Below are positions 51,920-53,400 of a stretch of 53,400 nucleotides of DNA, piece by piece. Location of the stretch: NCBI GenBank assembly GCA_035316385.1, contig DATHIZ010000451.1, positions 1 to 53,400 on the forward strand, read 5' to 3'. Under the pieces are notes generated by a model. The model was not told the DNA's origin, made no database searches, and worked only from the letters and a program-made list of their open reading frames with translations. Position numbers and translations under genes: made by a program. Each line of letters opens with the position of its first letter. The first letter of the stretch is position 1. The DNA is from Bryobacteraceae bacterium (GTDB lineage: Bacteria; Acidobacteriota; Terriglobia; Bryobacterales; Bryobacteraceae).

Positions 51920-52843
51920 TTAACTGGTTTTAGTGAGCTGCGATTTCAAATTAGTGACCGCCGTATACGGATCTTCTATTTTCGCAGTTACCAGTTCCGC
52001 GTGGCGCGCAAGTTCGTCCCGCGGGATGGAATCGAGCAGACTGTCCGTCAGCATTTCCCGCAAACGTCCAGCCCATGTTTCCACTCGGCGGCCGCGCTGA
52101 CCCTGTTTCGCGAAGGCAGCGCGAACGGCGGCCAGCAGATCTTCCATGCCGCAGCCTTCCGATGCAACCACCTGGCGCACCGGAGCAGCATCCGCACGGC
52201 CCTCCTCCTGGGCCAGTCCTTGCATCGCACGAATCTCCTGCTCCAGGCGATCCGCGCCCGGCAGGTCCGCTTTGTTGATGGCGAAGACATCGGCAATTTC
52301 CATGATGCCCGCCTTGATCGCCTGCACGCCATCGCCCCATCCGGGCGCCAAAACAACAACGGTAACGTCGGCAAGGCGCGCGATGTCTACCTCGTCCTGC
52401 CCTACGCCCACGGTCTCCACCAGCACCACGTCGCGGCCGGCTGCATCCAGCAGCAGCGCCAGATCCAATGTGCCCCGCCCTAATCCGCCCAGCCTCCCAC
52501 GCGTCGCCACGGAGCGGATAAACACCCCCGGGTCGCCATGGTGATCCTGCATGCGGATGCGATCCCCCAGAATGGCGCCGCGCGTGAACGGGCTGCTGGG
52601 GTCGACGGCGATCACGCCCACAGTTTTCCCTTCCGCGCGCAGTAAACCAATCAAGCTATTGACCAGTGTGCTTTTGCCGGCGCCGGGAGGTCCGGTTATA
52701 CCCACCAGCAGGGCGTGTCCAGTCAGCGGAAAGAGGCTGGCGATCAGTTCGCGGCCGGTCTCGGTTCCGTTTTCGACCAGCGTCGCGGCGCGGGCGAGAG
52801 CGCGCAAGTCCCCCGCAGCCACACGCTCCCGCAAGGAATTCAT
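51920..52843 (-). CDS. meaB: Methylmalonyl-CoA mutase-associated GTPase MeaB (ArgK family)
   Basis: Walker [45 protein letters not shown] and the NKAD motif (INKADL). ATGA overlap with the upstream acyl-CoA dehydrogenase stop. Confidence 0.9.
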   Translation of the reverse strand: MNSLRERVAAGDLRALARAATLVENGTETGRELIASLFPLTGHALLVGITGPPGAGKSTLVNSLIGLLRAEGKTVGVIAVDPSSPFTRGAILGDRIRMQDHHGDPGVFIRSVATRGRLGGLGRGTLDLALLLDAAGRDVVLVETVGVGQDEVDIARLADVTVVVLAPGWGDGVQAIKAGIMEIADVFAINKADLPGADRLEQEIRAMQGLAQEEGRADAAPVRQVVASEGCGMEDLLAAVRAAFAKQGQRGRRVETWAGRLREMLTDSLLDSIPRDELARHAELVTAKIEDPYTAVTNLKSQLTKTS

Positions 52844-53400
52844 TCCTTCAGCAGCTGGCGCGCAATCACCAGGCGCTGAATCTCACTGGTGCCTTCGCCG
52901 ATCGTACACAGCTTCACGTCGCGATAGAACTTCTCAACCGGGTAGTCCTTGATGAAACCGTAACCGCCATGGATCTGCAGCGCCTGGTCCGCCACTTTTA
53001 CCGCCATTTCCGAGGCGAACAGCTTCGCCATGGCGGATTCTTTGGTGACGCGCTTGTCGGCATCCTTTAAAGCACACGCGCGGTAAATCAGCCAGCGCGC
53101 CGCCTCAATATCCGTCGCCATGTTGGCTAGTTTGTCCTGTATGGCCTGAAACTCCGAAATGAAGCGGCCAAACTGCTTGCGGTGCTTGGAATATTTCAGG
53201 GCCGCCTCAAACGCTCCCTGCGCCGTGCCCAGCGCCAGAGCCGCAATCGAGATGCGGCCGCCATCCAGAATCCGCAGGCTGTCGACAAAGCCTTCGCCCT
53301 GCTTGCCGAGCAGTTGAGACGCGGGCAGGCGGCAATCGGAGAAGAGCACCTCCCCCGTCGCACTGGCGCGCATGCCCAGCTTGTTCTCTTTCTTCCCGAC
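52840..53400 (-). CDS. Acyl-CoA dehydrogenase, C-terminal part (gene continues beyond the right edge of the window)
   Basis: The C-terminal helical domain has [43 protein letters not shown], the ACAD signature. The reading frame stays open to position 53400, so the M at 53373 is internal. Confidence 0.85.
   Translation of the reverse strand, partial: VGKKENKLGMRASATGEVLFSDCRLPASQLLGKQGEGFVDSLRILDGGRISIAALALGTAQGAFEAALKYSKHRKQFGRFISEFQAIQDKLANMATDIEAARWLIYRACALKDADKRVTKESAMAKLFASEMAVKVADQALQIHGGYGFIKDYPVEKFYRDVKLCTIGEGTSEIQRLVIARQLLKE

Noticed and set aside
1-53400. Search for CRISPR arrays, rRNA, tRNA, tmRNA, large tandem or inverted repeats, prophage or integron structures.
   Set aside because: Visual scanning of the intergenic regions and ORF pattern found no regularly spaced repeats, no rRNA-like long non-coding stretch and no cloverleaf candidates. 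This is an eye-scan only. tRNAscan-SE, Infernal/Rfam and a self-dot-plot would be the decisive checks.

Overview
This is a GC-rich bacterial chromosomal segment (GC judged by eye, not computed). The gene content suggests Acidobacteriota, which is an inference from the CarboxypepD_reg-type TonB-dependent receptor, ~1000-aa sortilin/VPS10-like BNR proteins and many secreted hypotheticals. I support about 43 apparently intact CDS, one of them cut by the right edge, plus 7 decayed genes or fragments.

The window divides into four parts:
- 1-11 kb: an Lrp-EamA pair, then an operon of two BNR double-propeller paralogues bracketing a TonB-dependent receptor. The second paralogue is frameshifted.
- 11-21.5 kb: an accessory, eroding region. 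Four intact genes (cytochrome P450, SGNH hydrolase, an isolated B12-binding radical SAM enzyme, a Tat-signal DUF2264 protein) are separated by gene remnants. A ~3-kb stretch (18.4-21.5 kb) has no intact gene and holds a truncated DDE transposase fragment.
- 21.5-34 kb: mostly a co-directional minus-strand housekeeping block (S10 peptidase, TetR, hemL, geranylgeranyl reductase-like, HtrA, coaE, folD, a GT4-PHP pair), interrupted by a plus-strand yhhQ.
- 34-53.4 kb: signalling and envelope genes. These include an orphan PAS kinase coupled to an NfeD-like membrane protein, a UvrC-N-terminal-like protein with DUF4337, yvcK-glmU, truB, an ABC exporter-histidine kinase-REC/XRE regulator unit, and DUF3108. 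The window ends in a GT9/mtnP/mce/meaB/acyl-CoA dehydrogenase string.

I saw no rRNA, tRNA or CRISPR array.

No candidate clearly stands out as a novel system. The most promising are the ABC-HK-REC/XRE unit with its nearby palindrome, the isolated radical SAM gene, the UvrC-like/DUF4337 pair and the BNR-TBDR-BNR operon.

All family calls come from motif recognition by eye and need HMM or BLAST confirmation.
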